The position numbers and the translations under genes are program-made. Below the pieces are notes generated by a model. It had not been told where the DNA came from. It searched no databases and saw only the letters and a program-made list of their open reading frames with translations. This document shows, piece by piece, positions 36,264-45,711 of a stretch of 64,000 bases of DNA. The stretch is from an uncultured bacterium. Its GTDB lineage: Bacteria > Acidobacteriota > Thermoanaerobaculia > Multivoradales > JAHZIX01. Position 1 is the first letter of the stretch, and every line of letters begins with the position of its first letter. The stretch is from positions 320,001 to 384,000 of the forward strand of contig CBDUPA010000002.1 of assembly GCA_965368975.1 (NCBI GenBank). Reading direction: 5' to 3'.

Positions 36264-37985
36264 CTAGAGCTTCAGCTCCATCACCCGCGACAACATCGTG
36301 CCGCTCAGCGGGTCGTACACCGCGATCACCACGTTGTGCGGACGGTTGCGCATCCGCACCTCCGTCTCGTAGACCGCGTACTGCCCCGGCTCCGGTAGGC
36401 TCGGTCCCTGCAGCTTCATCGGGATGACGGGCATGTCGTTGCGGTTGCCCTGTTCATCGAGTACCGCGACGCGCAGCTCCAGCTCCGAAACATACAGGTT
36501 GCCCTGCGGCAGCATGGTGACCAGATCCATCGGGATGGCAACTTTCAACGGTACTTCGATGCGCCCGAAGTTCCGCTTCTTGGCTTGGCCGAACTGCACC
36601 TGCAATGGCTGCGCTCCCGGCAACTCGCCCACCAGCAGCGCGCTCTCGACCATGAAGCTGGTCTCGTTGGTGCGCGACATGTCGAGGAAGCTCGAACGAT
36701 AGCGGGCCTTGAAGCCGGGGCGCTGGATCTCGACCTCGATCTTGCGCTGCTCGTCATCGCCGCGCCACTGTGGCGTGAAGCCGAGCCAGTAATACGAGCG
36801 GGTGTCCGAGATCACCGTATCGAAGGCATCCAGACGGGCACCATCGATCAGCGGCCGACCACCGGTTTCCTCGGCCAGCATGTGTAGGGTCGAGTGTGTC
36901 TCGCGTTCGCGTAACTCAAGCGTCAGTGTATCGGCACCGCTCAGAGAGCCACCATCCGCAGCATTGACATGCGACGGTGCCTGGCCGGGAGCGTCGATCG
37001 GATAGAGCGTGTAGCCGAGACGGTTGGCAGTGTCGAACAGGGGTCCATACAGCCGCTCGCCGGAGATCTGCTCACCGTAGCCGACCACCGGGCCGGTCGC
37101 GTTGAGAACGAAGTCCGTCGGCGAGTACGGCCAGCCACCGGACACCAGCAACATCACCTTGCGGCCGGGCGGCTTGGCGAAGCTGCGCAGCGTCGCCGTG
37201 GAGGCGGTAACGATCTTCTCGATCTTGCGCTCCAGGCGTCGGATGTAAGGTCGGACCAGCTCCGCCGGCGGCAAGCGGTCGAACTCGGAGACGCGCGGCG
37301 GAGGCGTGGCATCGCCCTGCTGCCCAGGCAGCTGATCGGCCGCTTCGAGCGCGGCGTTCACCGCTGAATCGAGCACTTCATTCTGGCGCAGATCCTCGTC
37401 ATTGAAGCGTACGTCGTTGAGATTGACAGCACCGTAGGCACCGCGGCTCTGAGCGTTCTCCAGAACCTCGCGCAGTTTGTCGCGATCCTGCTCCCAGGAA
37501 GTCAGCATCTCGACGCGTTCGCCAGTGAAGGCGACAACGGCCATGCGATCCTGGGGCCCCATGTCCCCCAGCCGCTCGATCAGGCCCTTGATCACTAGGT
37601 CACGGTCGCGCGCCACGGTGAACATCTCGTCGAGGAACACCAGGTAGCTGGTCCCCACGGACTGTCCACTCTGGATGCCGGGGGCCTCGCGGAGGTCGGC
37701 AGTGGCCTCTCCGGAGGTCACCGCGGTACCCGCCGCCACCTCGGAGAAGAAGTCGATCGGCACTTCTTCGCCTTCCACGAAGAGCTTGAAGTCCTCCGGC
37801 GACAGCCCCGAGACACGGTTGCCGTCCCGGTCCTCGACGACCACTTCCAGGTTCACGACGCGCACCTCGACGATCTCGCCGAAAGTGCCTTCCACGGAAG
37901 TATTGGACTGCGCAGCCAAGGGCACGGCCGCGGCAGCAGCGAGCAGTAGCGCCAAGGTGGCACAGCTCAGTTCTTGTAAGTTCAT
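36264..37985 (-). CDS. Secreted VWA-domain protein (Acidobacterial VWFA-related type)
   Basis: Signal peptide; VEVRVVNLEVVVEDRDGNRVSGL..EDF, PGRKVMLLVSGG, LAEETGG, SYYWLGF. Confidence 0.82.
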   Translation of the reverse strand: MNLQELSCATLALLLAAAAAVPLAAQSNTSVEGTFGEIVEVRVVNLEVVVEDRDGNRVSGLSPEDFKLFVEGEEVPIDFFSEVAAGTAVTSGEATADLREAPGIQSGQSVGTSYLVFLDEMFTVARDRDLVIKGLIERLGDMGPQDRMAVVAFTGERVEMLTSWEQDRDKLREVLENAQSRGAYGAVNLNDVRFNDEDLRQNEVLDSAVNAALEAADQLPGQQGDATPPPRVSEFDRLPPAELVRPYIRRLERKIEKIVTASTATLRSFAKPPGRKVMLLVSGGWPYSPTDFVLNATGPVVGYGEQISGERLYGPLFDTANRLGYTLYPIDAPGQAPSHVNAADGGSLSGADTLTLELRERETHSTLHMLAEETGGRPLIDGARLDAFDTVISDTRSYYWLGFTPQWRGDDEQRKIEVEIQRPGFKARYRSSFLDMSRTNETSFMVESALLVGELPGAQPLQVQFGQAKKRNFGRIEVPLKVAIPMDLVTMLPQGNLYVSELELRVAVLDEQGNRNDMPVIPMKLQGPSLPEPGQYAVYETEVRMRNRPHNVVIAVYDPLSGTMLSRVMELKL

Positions 37986-38832
37986 CGGAATCTCCTTCCA
38001 GATCTGGAACGATATCGGGCGGGTAGCAGCGGCAGACTGCCGCGAGAAATCCTAGCAAGCTACGTGCCGACCCCACGGGTGCCCGCGGCCGGTGGGAACG
38101 GCCTTCTACTGTAACTCGTCGGACTCCCAATCTCAGCGCTCCGGGAGAACGAAGTACTCGTCCGCTGAAAAGGAGCTGGCTGAGCACCTAGGTCACGGAG
38201 AGCCAGGGTAGTAGCAGCCCGTGTCAGCACCGGTAGCAGAAGGCAGCAAATGATGGTAGCGGTACGCAGCTCTTCTAGCATCTGGTGATCTCCTCTGACA
38301 GCTAGAGGCAAGGCGAGGGCAGCGAGGCAACCGCTGTACCCAACCACAGATTGGTTCCGCGTGCATTCTGGATCGCGGCGAAGAGAACAGACGGCAAGGC
38401 TGATCACAGCCCTAGAATGCCCTGAGTCCAAGGGATCCCACGACCGAATGTCCCCTCAGGAGGACACTTGAACTACCTCAGCTCTTGCTCGCTGGTCAGC
38501 TCAGCTACCTGTCGACACGCAGGCGCCTCAGAGAGATAGAAATATCTCAGTAGGGTCTTTTCCACCCTCTCTGGCCCTACCCAGATATCTCCAGAGGGCA
38601 CCCAGAGAGAGACGGGGCTAGACACCCCCACAGGCATGGACTAAACTATCTGGCAGGCCTTTAAGGTCTTCCTATGTGATCTGTTGTCGGATTAGGAAAG
38701 AGGGGAGTTCCGGAACGGGCCCCCATGACTCTCTGGCAAAGAATTTGCATTCAGCATTTGACCGTAGAGTCGGCACGTCGACTCCCGAGAACGGCGACAA
38801 CCGTTGAATGTCAGAACTTGGAGAATGGTGGA

Positions 38833-39273
38833 ATGAGACGGATACTCAGCTTACTTATCTGCGCGCTGGTGCTCGCTGCACTGGTGCCGATGTTTGCCCA
38901 GGGACAGCAAGGATTCAGCATCATCGTCAACGCCAACAACCAGGTGAATGGCATCAGCAAGTCCGACGCGAACAAGATGTTCCTACGCAAGACCAAGAAG
39001 TGGGACAACGGCGAGACGGTAGAGCCCGTCGATCTGCCGGCCGACTCGACTGTCCGTGCTCGATTCTCCGACACGGTCCTGGGTCGTGACGTCAATGCGA
39101 TCAAGAGCTACTGGCAGCGCCAGATTTTCTCCGGTCGCAACACGCCGCCGCCCGAGCGGGACAGCGAAGCCGAGGTCATCGACTTCGTGCGCAGCAACCC
39201 GGGCGCCATCGGCTACGTGTCCTCCGGCGCATCGCTGCCTTCCGGCGTCAAACGGATCACGCTGCTCGACTGA
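38833..39273 (+). CDS. Small periplasmic binding protein-like protein (phosphate-ABC SBP-like)
   Basis: Signal peptide; IIVNANN, YWQRQIFSG..PP, VIDFVRSNPGAIGYV. Confidence 0.75.
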   Translation: MRRILSLLICALVLAALVPMFAQGQQGFSIIVNANNQVNGISKSDANKMFLRKTKKWDNGETVEPVDLPADSTVRARFSDTVLGRDVNAIKSYWQRQIFSGRNTPPPERDSEAEVIDFVRSNPGAIGYVSSGASLPSGVKRITLLD

Positions 39274-39403
39274 CCGGTCCCGCGCCCACGCCGCTGATCA
39301 GCCAACGACTTCGGCAGATCGTCGCAGAACACGGCCACCTGAATCAGGTGGCCGTAACTGTATCTGCCTCGATAGCCGGCAAGCTCGCTCGAGACGGGAA
39401 GCC

Positions 39404-41959
39404 TCAGTACGCGGCCAACAGACGGGCCGCATCCTCGATCTGCGCCTCCTGCAGCAAGAAGGCGTCTTCGAGCGGTGGTGCATAGGGCACCGGCGTGTCG
39501 AGCGACCCCAGAACACGCACCGGTGCGTCCAGGAACTCGAACACCTCTTCCTGAATCTGCGCCGCCAGGCTCTCTCCGATACCGCCGGTACGCGTGTCCT
39601 CATGTGCGATCAAGACCTTGCCGGTATGGCCAGCAACGGCCAGAACGGCGTCGCGGTCCAGCGGCACCAGGCTGCGCAGGTCGAGCACGGCGGCTTCGAT
39701 GCCATCCGCGGCCAACCGATCCGCGACACGCAGGCAGTGGTGGACATAGGCACCGTACGAGATCAGTGCCAGGTCGCTGCCGGCACGGCGCAGCGCGGCC
39801 TTGCCGAGTGGTAGCGGCTCGGGTGCTCCCGGTTCCAGACGCTGCTTGATCCGCGGCTCGCGGTACAGCGCGATGTGTTCGTAGTAGAGCACCGGGTCCG
39901 GATCCGCAACGGCAGCAGCCAACAGCGCGCGCGCATCCTCGGGCGTCGACGGTGCGACGATTTTGAGCCCCGGCGTCCGGTAGAACCAGGCTTCGGTATT
40001 CTGGCTATGGTAGGGCCCGGCGCGGCGCAGACCACCCCAGGGCATGCGCACTACCATCGGCACCTCGCCACCCCAGCGGTAGCGAATTTTGGCCGCGTTG
40101 TTGACCAGCTGGTTGAAGCCGCTGGCGACGAAGTCGTTGAACTGGATCTCGCCAATCGGCCGCAGGCCGGCGAGGGCCGCGCCGATGCAGGCGCCCAAGA
40201 TGCCGCCCTCGGCTAGCGGTGCGTTGACGATGCGATCGCCGAACTCGTCGAGCAGCGGCCGCAGGAGCAGGAAGGCATTGCCGTAGGCACCACCGACGTC
40301 CTCGCCATAGACAAAGGTACGGGCGTCGCCACGCAGCGCATCGCCGACGCCGAGCATGACGGCCTCCAGCAGCGTGCTGCCTTTCGGATCGACCGGCAAA
40401 CCCGGCTCGAGCGGCGGCAACTCCGCGGCCGTGGGTGCTGCCGCTCGACGCTGCTCCAGGATCTCGACGTGCCGGCGGATGGGACCCTCCGCGTCGACGC
40501 CCTGCCCGGCCTCTTGCGCTGCCGGCCAGGGCGCCTCGATCACCGCGCGGGCCTCGCGCTCGACCAGCTCTTCGGCCTCGCGCCGGAGCTGCTCCAGTTC
40601 GCCATCGGCCAGCAACCCCTGTTCCCGCAGGCGCTCAGCGTACTGCGCAATCGGATCGCGCTGGCGCCAGTAGGCGTAGGCGTCCGGGTTGGCGTAGCCA
40701 CCGGGCTGCAGTGGCGGGTAGTCCCAGCCGGACTGCGCGCTCGACTGTGAACTCGATTGCCAGCTCGACGGGGGCTCCTTGCCCAGATAGAGCATGTCGT
40801 CGTGGTGAGCGTGGCCGCACATGCGCATGGCGACCAGTTCCAGGAGCGCCGGCCCTGCTCCCTGACGCGCTCGCTCGGCGGCCCAGGTGAAGGCCGCGAC
40901 GATCGCCTCGGGATCAGTGCCGTCGAGCGTGATGCCGGGAATGCCGTAGCCCGAGGCCTTGTCGGCAAAGACTCGCACCTGGCTCTGCTCGGCCACCGGA
41001 GTCGACAGCGCCGTCTGGTTGTTCTGCACGCAGAAGAGCACGGGCAGGCGGTGAACGGCGCACAGGTTGATCGCCTCGTGCCACTCACCGAGCGAGGTGC
41101 CGCCTTCGCCGATGAACGACACCGCCACCCGACCGTCGCCCTGGCGCGCCATGGCCATGCCGATGCCGGCGATGGTGGTCGTCGAGATGGACAGCGGCGC
41201 GGTGGCCGGCAGGATGCCCCAGCCGAAATCGCCGATGTGCAGATCCTTGCCCGACATGGCGCCGCCAGCCTTTCCCATCTGCGCCTTCAGCACCATGCGC
41301 ACGGTCAACGGCTCGGGGCGCATGCACAAGGCGGCGCCGAGGTCGCGGATCAGCGGTCCGACGACGTCGCCGCGCCAGCTCGCGGCGCCGCTCTCATCTT
41401 CAGAGCGCCCGTCTTCAGAACGCCCGTCTTCAGAACGCCACGCCGCACCTCGACGCAGACGCAGCGCCGCGGCATAGATCGCTTCCTGGCCCAAGGAGCG
41501 AAAGCCCTTGCCCTGGAACGCCGCCTGGCCGTAGCGGACCTCGCCGCCGCTGAAGAAAGCCTTCAGCCGCAGATCGACGGCACGCGTCAGAATCATGCCC
41601 CGGAGCATCTCGCGCTTCTCTTCGAGTGTCAGCGACGCGGTGATCGCCTCGCGGTGCAAGAAGCCATCGACCGCGTCGAGTAGTTCGTCGATCGCCTGGC
41701 GCTGCCGCTGGAGCACCGAAACGCGTGGCGTCGGCTCGGGCAAGTCACGGAAAGACGTGCTCAACGCCTGGCGTAGGGGTTCTTTGAGCCGCGCACGCAG
41801 AGCTTCCGGATCGCCAGCGTCCGTGCTGGCTGCGGCCTGCTGCAGCACGGGCTCGACAGCCCCGAAGGCGAAGGGATGACGCTCGACCACGAAGGAACTC
41901 AGACGCGCGAGAAGATCGGCTTTCATGACGCCGCCAAGCTTAGCGTACGCTCGGGTCAT
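39404..41959 (-). CDS. Fused 2-oxoacid dehydrogenase E1 alpha/beta (TPP-dependent)
   Basis: GQEA, GEGGTSLGEWHEA...NNQ, YGEDVG, EIQFNDF, GPYHSQ, IAHED; start 41959 (ATGA overlap with xth) or 41926. Confidence 0.88.
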   Translation of the reverse strand: MTRAYAKLGGVMKADLLARLSSFVVERHPFAFGAVEPVLQQAAASTDAGDPEALRARLKEPLRQALSTSFRDLPEPTPRVSVLQRQRQAIDELLDAVDGFLHREAITASLTLEEKREMLRGMILTRAVDLRLKAFFSGGEVRYGQAAFQGKGFRSLGQEAIYAAALRLRRGAAWRSEDGRSEDGRSEDESGAASWRGDVVGPLIRDLGAALCMRPEPLTVRMVLKAQMGKAGGAMSGKDLHIGDFGWGILPATAPLSISTTTIAGIGMAMARQGDGRVAVSFIGEGGTSLGEWHEAINLCAVHRLPVLFCVQNNQTALSTPVAEQSQVRVFADKASGYGIPGITLDGTDPEAIVAAFTWAAERARQGAGPALLELVAMRMCGHAHHDDMLYLGKEPPSSWQSSSQSSAQSGWDYPPLQPGGYANPDAYAYWRQRDPIAQYAERLREQGLLADGELEQLRREAEELVEREARAVIEAPWPAAQEAGQGVDAEGPIRRHVEILEQRRAAAPTAAELPPLEPGLPVDPKGSTLLEAVMLGVGDALRGDARTFVYGEDVGGAYGNAFLLLRPLLDEFGDRIVNAPLAEGGILGACIGAALAGLRPIGEIQFNDFVASGFNQLVNNAAKIRYRWGGEVPMVVRMPWGGLRRAGPYHSQNTEAWFYRTPGLKIVAPSTPEDARALLAAAVADPDPVLYYEHIALYREPRIKQRLEPGAPEPLPLGKAALRRAGSDLALISYGAYVHHCLRVADRLAADGIEAAVLDLRSLVPLDRDAVLAVAGHTGKVLIAHEDTRTGGIGESLAAQIQEEVFEFLDAPVRVLGSLDTPVPYAPPLEDAFLLQEAQIEDAARLLAAY

Positions 41960-42762
41960 TGGCCCACGCTCGGGGTGGCAGAGAGCACGGATTCGTCGAG
42001 ATCGACGCTGATCGGACAGTGGTCCGAGCCAAGGACCTCCGGATGAATCCGCGCCTGCCGCAGGTAGGGAAGAGCCCCCGCCGACGCCAGTACGTAGTCG
42101 ATCCGCCAGCCGATGTTGCGCTTGCGCACGCCCTGCCGCTGGCTCCACCAGGTGTAATGCCCCTCGCCAGCTTCGTACTCTCGGAAGGTATCGACCCAAC
42201 CCCGGCGCAGCCAGCGGTCCAGCTCCTCGCGCTCCTCCGGCCGGAAACCGCTGGTCTCGACGTTTTGCTTTGGCCGCGCCAGGTCGATCTCCCGATGCGC
42301 GGTGTTGAAGTCGCCCATCACCAGGATCGGCTCGCCCCGCTGCCGTGCCGGCTCGAGCTGGTCGAACAGCCTGCGGTAGAAGTCCAACTTGTAGGGGACA
42401 CGGCTGTTGTCGCGATTGACGCCGTTACCATTCGGGAAATAGCCGTTGACCAATCGCAGGGCACCGAAGCGCGCCAGCTGCAATCGTCCCTCGACGTCGA
42501 AGCGCTCTTCGCCCAGACGCGTCTCCATCTCGTCGGCTTGGCGGCGAGCCAACAACCCGACGCCACTGTAGCCCTTGCGCTCGGCCGGCGCCCAGTGCGT
42601 CCACCAGTCTTCAGGGGCGCGCACGCTGGCCGGTAGCTGATCGGGCAGCGCACGGATCTCCTGCACCGCGACGATGTCCCCCCCACAGGCCGCTAGCCAG
42701 TCTAAGAATCCCTTGCGCGCGCAGGCGCGCAGTCCATTGACATTCCACGAGTAGATGCGCAT
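41956..42762 (-). CDS. xth: Exodeoxyribonuclease III / AP endonuclease
   Basis: SWNVNGLRA, QEIR, GYSGV, MGDFN, YTWWS, GWRIDY, SDHCP. Confidence 0.93.
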   Translation of the reverse strand: MRIYSWNVNGLRACARKGFLDWLAACGGDIVAVQEIRALPDQLPASVRAPEDWWTHWAPAERKGYSGVGLLARRQADEMETRLGEERFDVEGRLQLARFGALRLVNGYFPNGNGVNRDNSRVPYKLDFYRRLFDQLEPARQRGEPILVMGDFNTAHREIDLARPKQNVETSGFRPEEREELDRWLRRGWVDTFREYEAGEGHYTWWSQRQGVRKRNIGWRIDYVLASAGALPYLRQARIHPEVLGSDHCPISVDLDESVLSATPSVGQ

Positions 42763-42827
42763 GCGCGGAGCATACCGTGAGTTTCGGCGAACACCCGCCG
42801 TGGCGGCAGTATCGACGGTCCCAGAGT

Positions 42828-42860
42828 CAGTTGACAGTCTACTGAGAGCGCAAGTAGCCT
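42828..42860 (+). promoter_or_regulatory. Candidate sigma70 promoter with an imperfect palindrome over the -35 box, upstream of the ArsA-patatin-PKS cluster
   Basis: TTGACA-N18-TAGCCT; tcagttgac-a-gtctactga (one mismatch). Confidence 0.35.
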
Positions 42861-42980
42861 TGTGATACTGTCCGTATTTCCGATGCTTACGTAAAACCAT
42901 AGTTCCATCTGGCAATCTCGGTTTCCTATTGTCATAAGGCTCGGGGCTAATGATCCCCGACTCAGGAGTGAAAGACCCCC

Positions 42981-44210
42981 ATGGCGCGCATTCTGCTGAT
43001 TTCAGGCAAGGGCGGTGTCGGCAAGACGACCGTCGCTGCCGCCACCGCGATGACCGCCGCCAAGCGTGGTCACCGTACGATCGTGATGTCCTTCGACCTG
43101 GCGCACAGCCTGTCGGACTCCTTCGACGTCGATCACGGCCTGTTCAACCAGAACAAGGGGCTGCCGTTCCAGGTGATGGACAACCTGGACATCCAGGAGA
43201 TCGATGTCCAGGGCGAGATCGAACGCCACTGGGGCGACGTCTACCGTTACATCGGCATGCTGCTCACCAGCACCGGTCTCTCCGACATGGTGGCCGAAGA
43301 AGTCGCCATCATCCCAGGCATGGAAGACGTCATTTCGCTGATGTACATCAATGACTACCTGACTCAGGAAAAGTACGACGTCATCGTGGTCGACTGTCCG
43401 CCGACCAGCGATTCGCTGCGCTTCGTCAACATCACGTCGACGCTCGACTGGTACATGCGCAAGCGTTTCAACATCGACCGCAAACTGGTCAAACTGGCAC
43501 GCCCCTTCGCCAACAAGGTGATGGACTACCAGTTGCCCGACGACAGCTACTTCACCGCGATGCAGAAGATCTTCTCCCGCCTCGACGGAGTCGATACCCT
43601 GCTCACCGACCCGCAGGTCACCACGGTGCGCTTGGTCACCAACGCTGAGAAGATGGTGGTGCGCGAGACCCAGCGTGCCTACATGTACTTCTGCATGTAC
43701 GGAGTGATCGCCGACGCGGTGGTGATCAACAAGCTGATCCCCGAGGGCCAGGCCGAGACCGGCTACTTCGCCGACTGGGCGCGCGCGCACGCCGGCTACT
43801 CGGCGGAGATCGAGGAGTACTTCAAGCCGCTGCCGACCTTCAAGGTACCTCTGCAATCCAGCGAGGTGGTGGGCACGAAGCAACTGCAGGAAGTCGCGAC
43901 CGCTCTTTATGGCGACGACGATCCGGCGCAGTTCTACAACCAGGAACCGCCGTACGAGTACGTCAAGGCCGACGACACCTACCAGCTCAGGATCAAGCTG
44001 CCGTTCGTCGACAAACAGGAAGTCGACTTGAGCCGTCACGACCAGGATCTGATCATTCGCATCGGCAGCTTCAAGCGCCACGTCCCGATGCCGCGGTCCG
44101 TACAGAATTTCAAGACCGCCGGTGCAGAGATGAAGGACAATCAACTCACCGTGACCTTCGTCAAGCCCGAACCGGTCCAACCACAACCCAGTCAAGGAGA
44201 AGACTCATGA
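42981..44210 (+). CDS. ArsA/Get3 family ATPase with C-terminal HSP20-like domain
   Basis: SGKGGVGKTT, DLAHSLSD, IPGMED, VDCPPT; C-terminal YQLRIKLPFV...LIIRIGSFKRHVPMP. Confidence 0.88.
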   Translation: MARILLISGKGGVGKTTVAAATAMTAAKRGHRTIVMSFDLAHSLSDSFDVDHGLFNQNKGLPFQVMDNLDIQEIDVQGEIERHWGDVYRYIGMLLTSTGLSDMVAEEVAIIPGMEDVISLMYINDYLTQEKYDVIVVDCPPTSDSLRFVNITSTLDWYMRKRFNIDRKLVKLARPFANKVMDYQLPDDSYFTAMQKIFSRLDGVDTLLTDPQVTTVRLVTNAEKMVVRETQRAYMYFCMYGVIADAVVINKLIPEGQAETGYFADWARAHAGYSAEIEEYFKPLPTFKVPLQSSEVVGTKQLQEVATALYGDDDPAQFYNQEPPYEYVKADDTYQLRIKLPFVDKQEVDLSRHDQDLIIRIGSFKRHVPMPRSVQNFKTAGAEMKDNQLTVTFVKPEPVQPQPSQGEDS

Positions 44211-44437
44211 ATGACATCGTCAATCAGCTAGCGCAACTGCAACAGACCATCAAGGACACCGCCATTCGGTTCTCCGGAGGCGCGATCGTCGACAGTGACG
44301 CCTGTCAGAAGTTGTCCAAGGGCTTCCTGCGCGCGCAGGCCGAAATCCTGAAGGCGGCGCTGGAAGTCACTGAGGACGAACTCAACCGCGAGCCGGCCAG
44401 CACGGACGAGAACAACGGCAAGATTAACGTCAGCTGA
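44207..44437 (+). CDS. Small helical hypothetical protein coupled to the ArsA-like gene
   Basis: ATGA overlap with upstream stop; AAGGAG RBS; ends GKINVS. Confidence 0.72.
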   Translation: MNDIVNQLAQLQQTIKDTAIRFSGGAIVDSDACQKLSKGFLRAQAEILKAALEVTEDELNREPASTDENNGKINVS

Positions 44438-44574
44438 ACCGACGTCCTCGGTAGCTCAGCGTCGAGCCAGGTCAGAGGACTGACACCTCAAGCTGGCTCT
44501 TCAAGTTTGGTGTGCACGCCAGACAGAGCGTGATCACAGTTTCATTTCTCCAGCTTCAGGAGCAGGGAGTCGAC

Positions 44575-45711
44575 ATGCGCATTCTGACCATGGATGGAGG
44601 AGGCAATCAGAGCCTCTTCACCCTCGCACTGCTGCGCCGCATCGAAGCGGCCAGACCCGGCTTCCTGGCCAGCATCGACATGTTTGCGGGCACCTCCTCG
44701 GGCGGCATCAACGCCATCCTGATGGCCGCGACGGAACCGAAGGAAGTGCCACGGCGAGAAGCCTTGGCGGATGCCAGGTACTTGTGGGAGAGCGGAAACG
44801 TCTTCGAGACCACCTATGTCAAGATGCTGCAAGGACTCGGTGGCTGCAGGGCCATGATCAGCAACGACAATCTGAAGCAGTTCTTGACCCAGAAACTCGG
44901 CGAACGAACGCTAGGCGATTTGAACGCGAAGATCGCTATCACCGCCTTCGACAACACGGATCGAATCAACAAGAGAAGCTGGTCTCCGAAGGTCTTCCAC
45001 AACTTCCCGAGGAACCACGAAACGGAGCCCGATCTAGCGCTCCAAGCGGTCGAAGTGGCACTCTCCACGAGCGCGGCGCCCGTGTTCTTCCCCATTCACA
45101 ACGGCTATTCCGACGGTGGACTGTTCGCCAATAATCCCGCGGCTTGTGCCCTGGCGCAAGCACACTCGACCAAGGGCGGCCAGGTACCTCTCGAAGACAT
45201 CAAGCTCCTGTCCGTCGGAACCGGCGGCAGTGAGCGGCATCTGGATGTCACCAACGACAGTTGGGGATACTCACAGTGGCTGCTCAATCCTTGCGACCCA
45301 CTGACCCTGATCGAAGCCGTCTTCCGAGGCACCACGATGGCGGCGGATTACCAGTGCCGGGCAATGCTGGAAGATCGCTTCTTCCGACTCAACCCTCTGG
45401 TTCCCAAGAACCTGGACCTGGACTTCGAAGACGAGTTCAAAGACGCTTCGACTCCCGGCGTCAAGCAGCAGCTTCAGGTCCTCATGGAAAAGGTCGACAA
45501 CACTCCGGTCGAGGGACCGGGAGATCCCGTCGACCTGAATGATGCTCTCGGAACGAACAACATCGAACGCAAGGACTGGCTGGCCGCCGTCCTCGCTTGG
45601 CTCGACCGGAACGAGTGGCATACACCAGCCGAAACCGAATCTACATCCGGCCAGACTCCCAAGAAGACCACCAAGCGTCGAACCACGAGAACCAAGAAGC
45701 CACGTGAGTGA
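44575..45711 (+). CDS. Patatin-like phospholipase/acyl hydrolase
   Basis: ILTMDGGG, GTSSG nucleophile elbow, SAAPVFF, DGGLFANNP, LSVGTG. Confidence 0.9.
   Translation: MRILTMDGGGNQSLFTLALLRRIEAARPGFLASIDMFAGTSSGGINAILMAATEPKEVPRREALADARYLWESGNVFETTYVKMLQGLGGCRAMISNDNLKQFLTQKLGERTLGDLNAKIAITAFDNTDRINKRSWSPKVFHNFPRNHETEPDLALQAVEVALSTSAAPVFFPIHNGYSDGGLFANNPAACALAQAHSTKGGQVPLEDIKLLSVGTGGSERHLDVTNDSWGYSQWLLNPCDPLTLIEAVFRGTTMAADYQCRAMLEDRFFRLNPLVPKNLDLDFEDEFKDASTPGVKQQLQVLMEKVDNTPVEGPGDPVDLNDALGTNNIERKDWLAAVLAWLDRNEWHTPAETESTSGQTPKKTTKRRTTRTKKPRE

Noticed and set aside
38060-38431. 123-aa ORF in the long intergenic region
   Set aside because: No recognisable motif, RBS or typical codon bias
42981-44210. 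Arsenic resistance operon
   Set aside because: Single ATPase domain with HSP20-like tail and no arsB/acr3, arsC, arsD or arsR nearby
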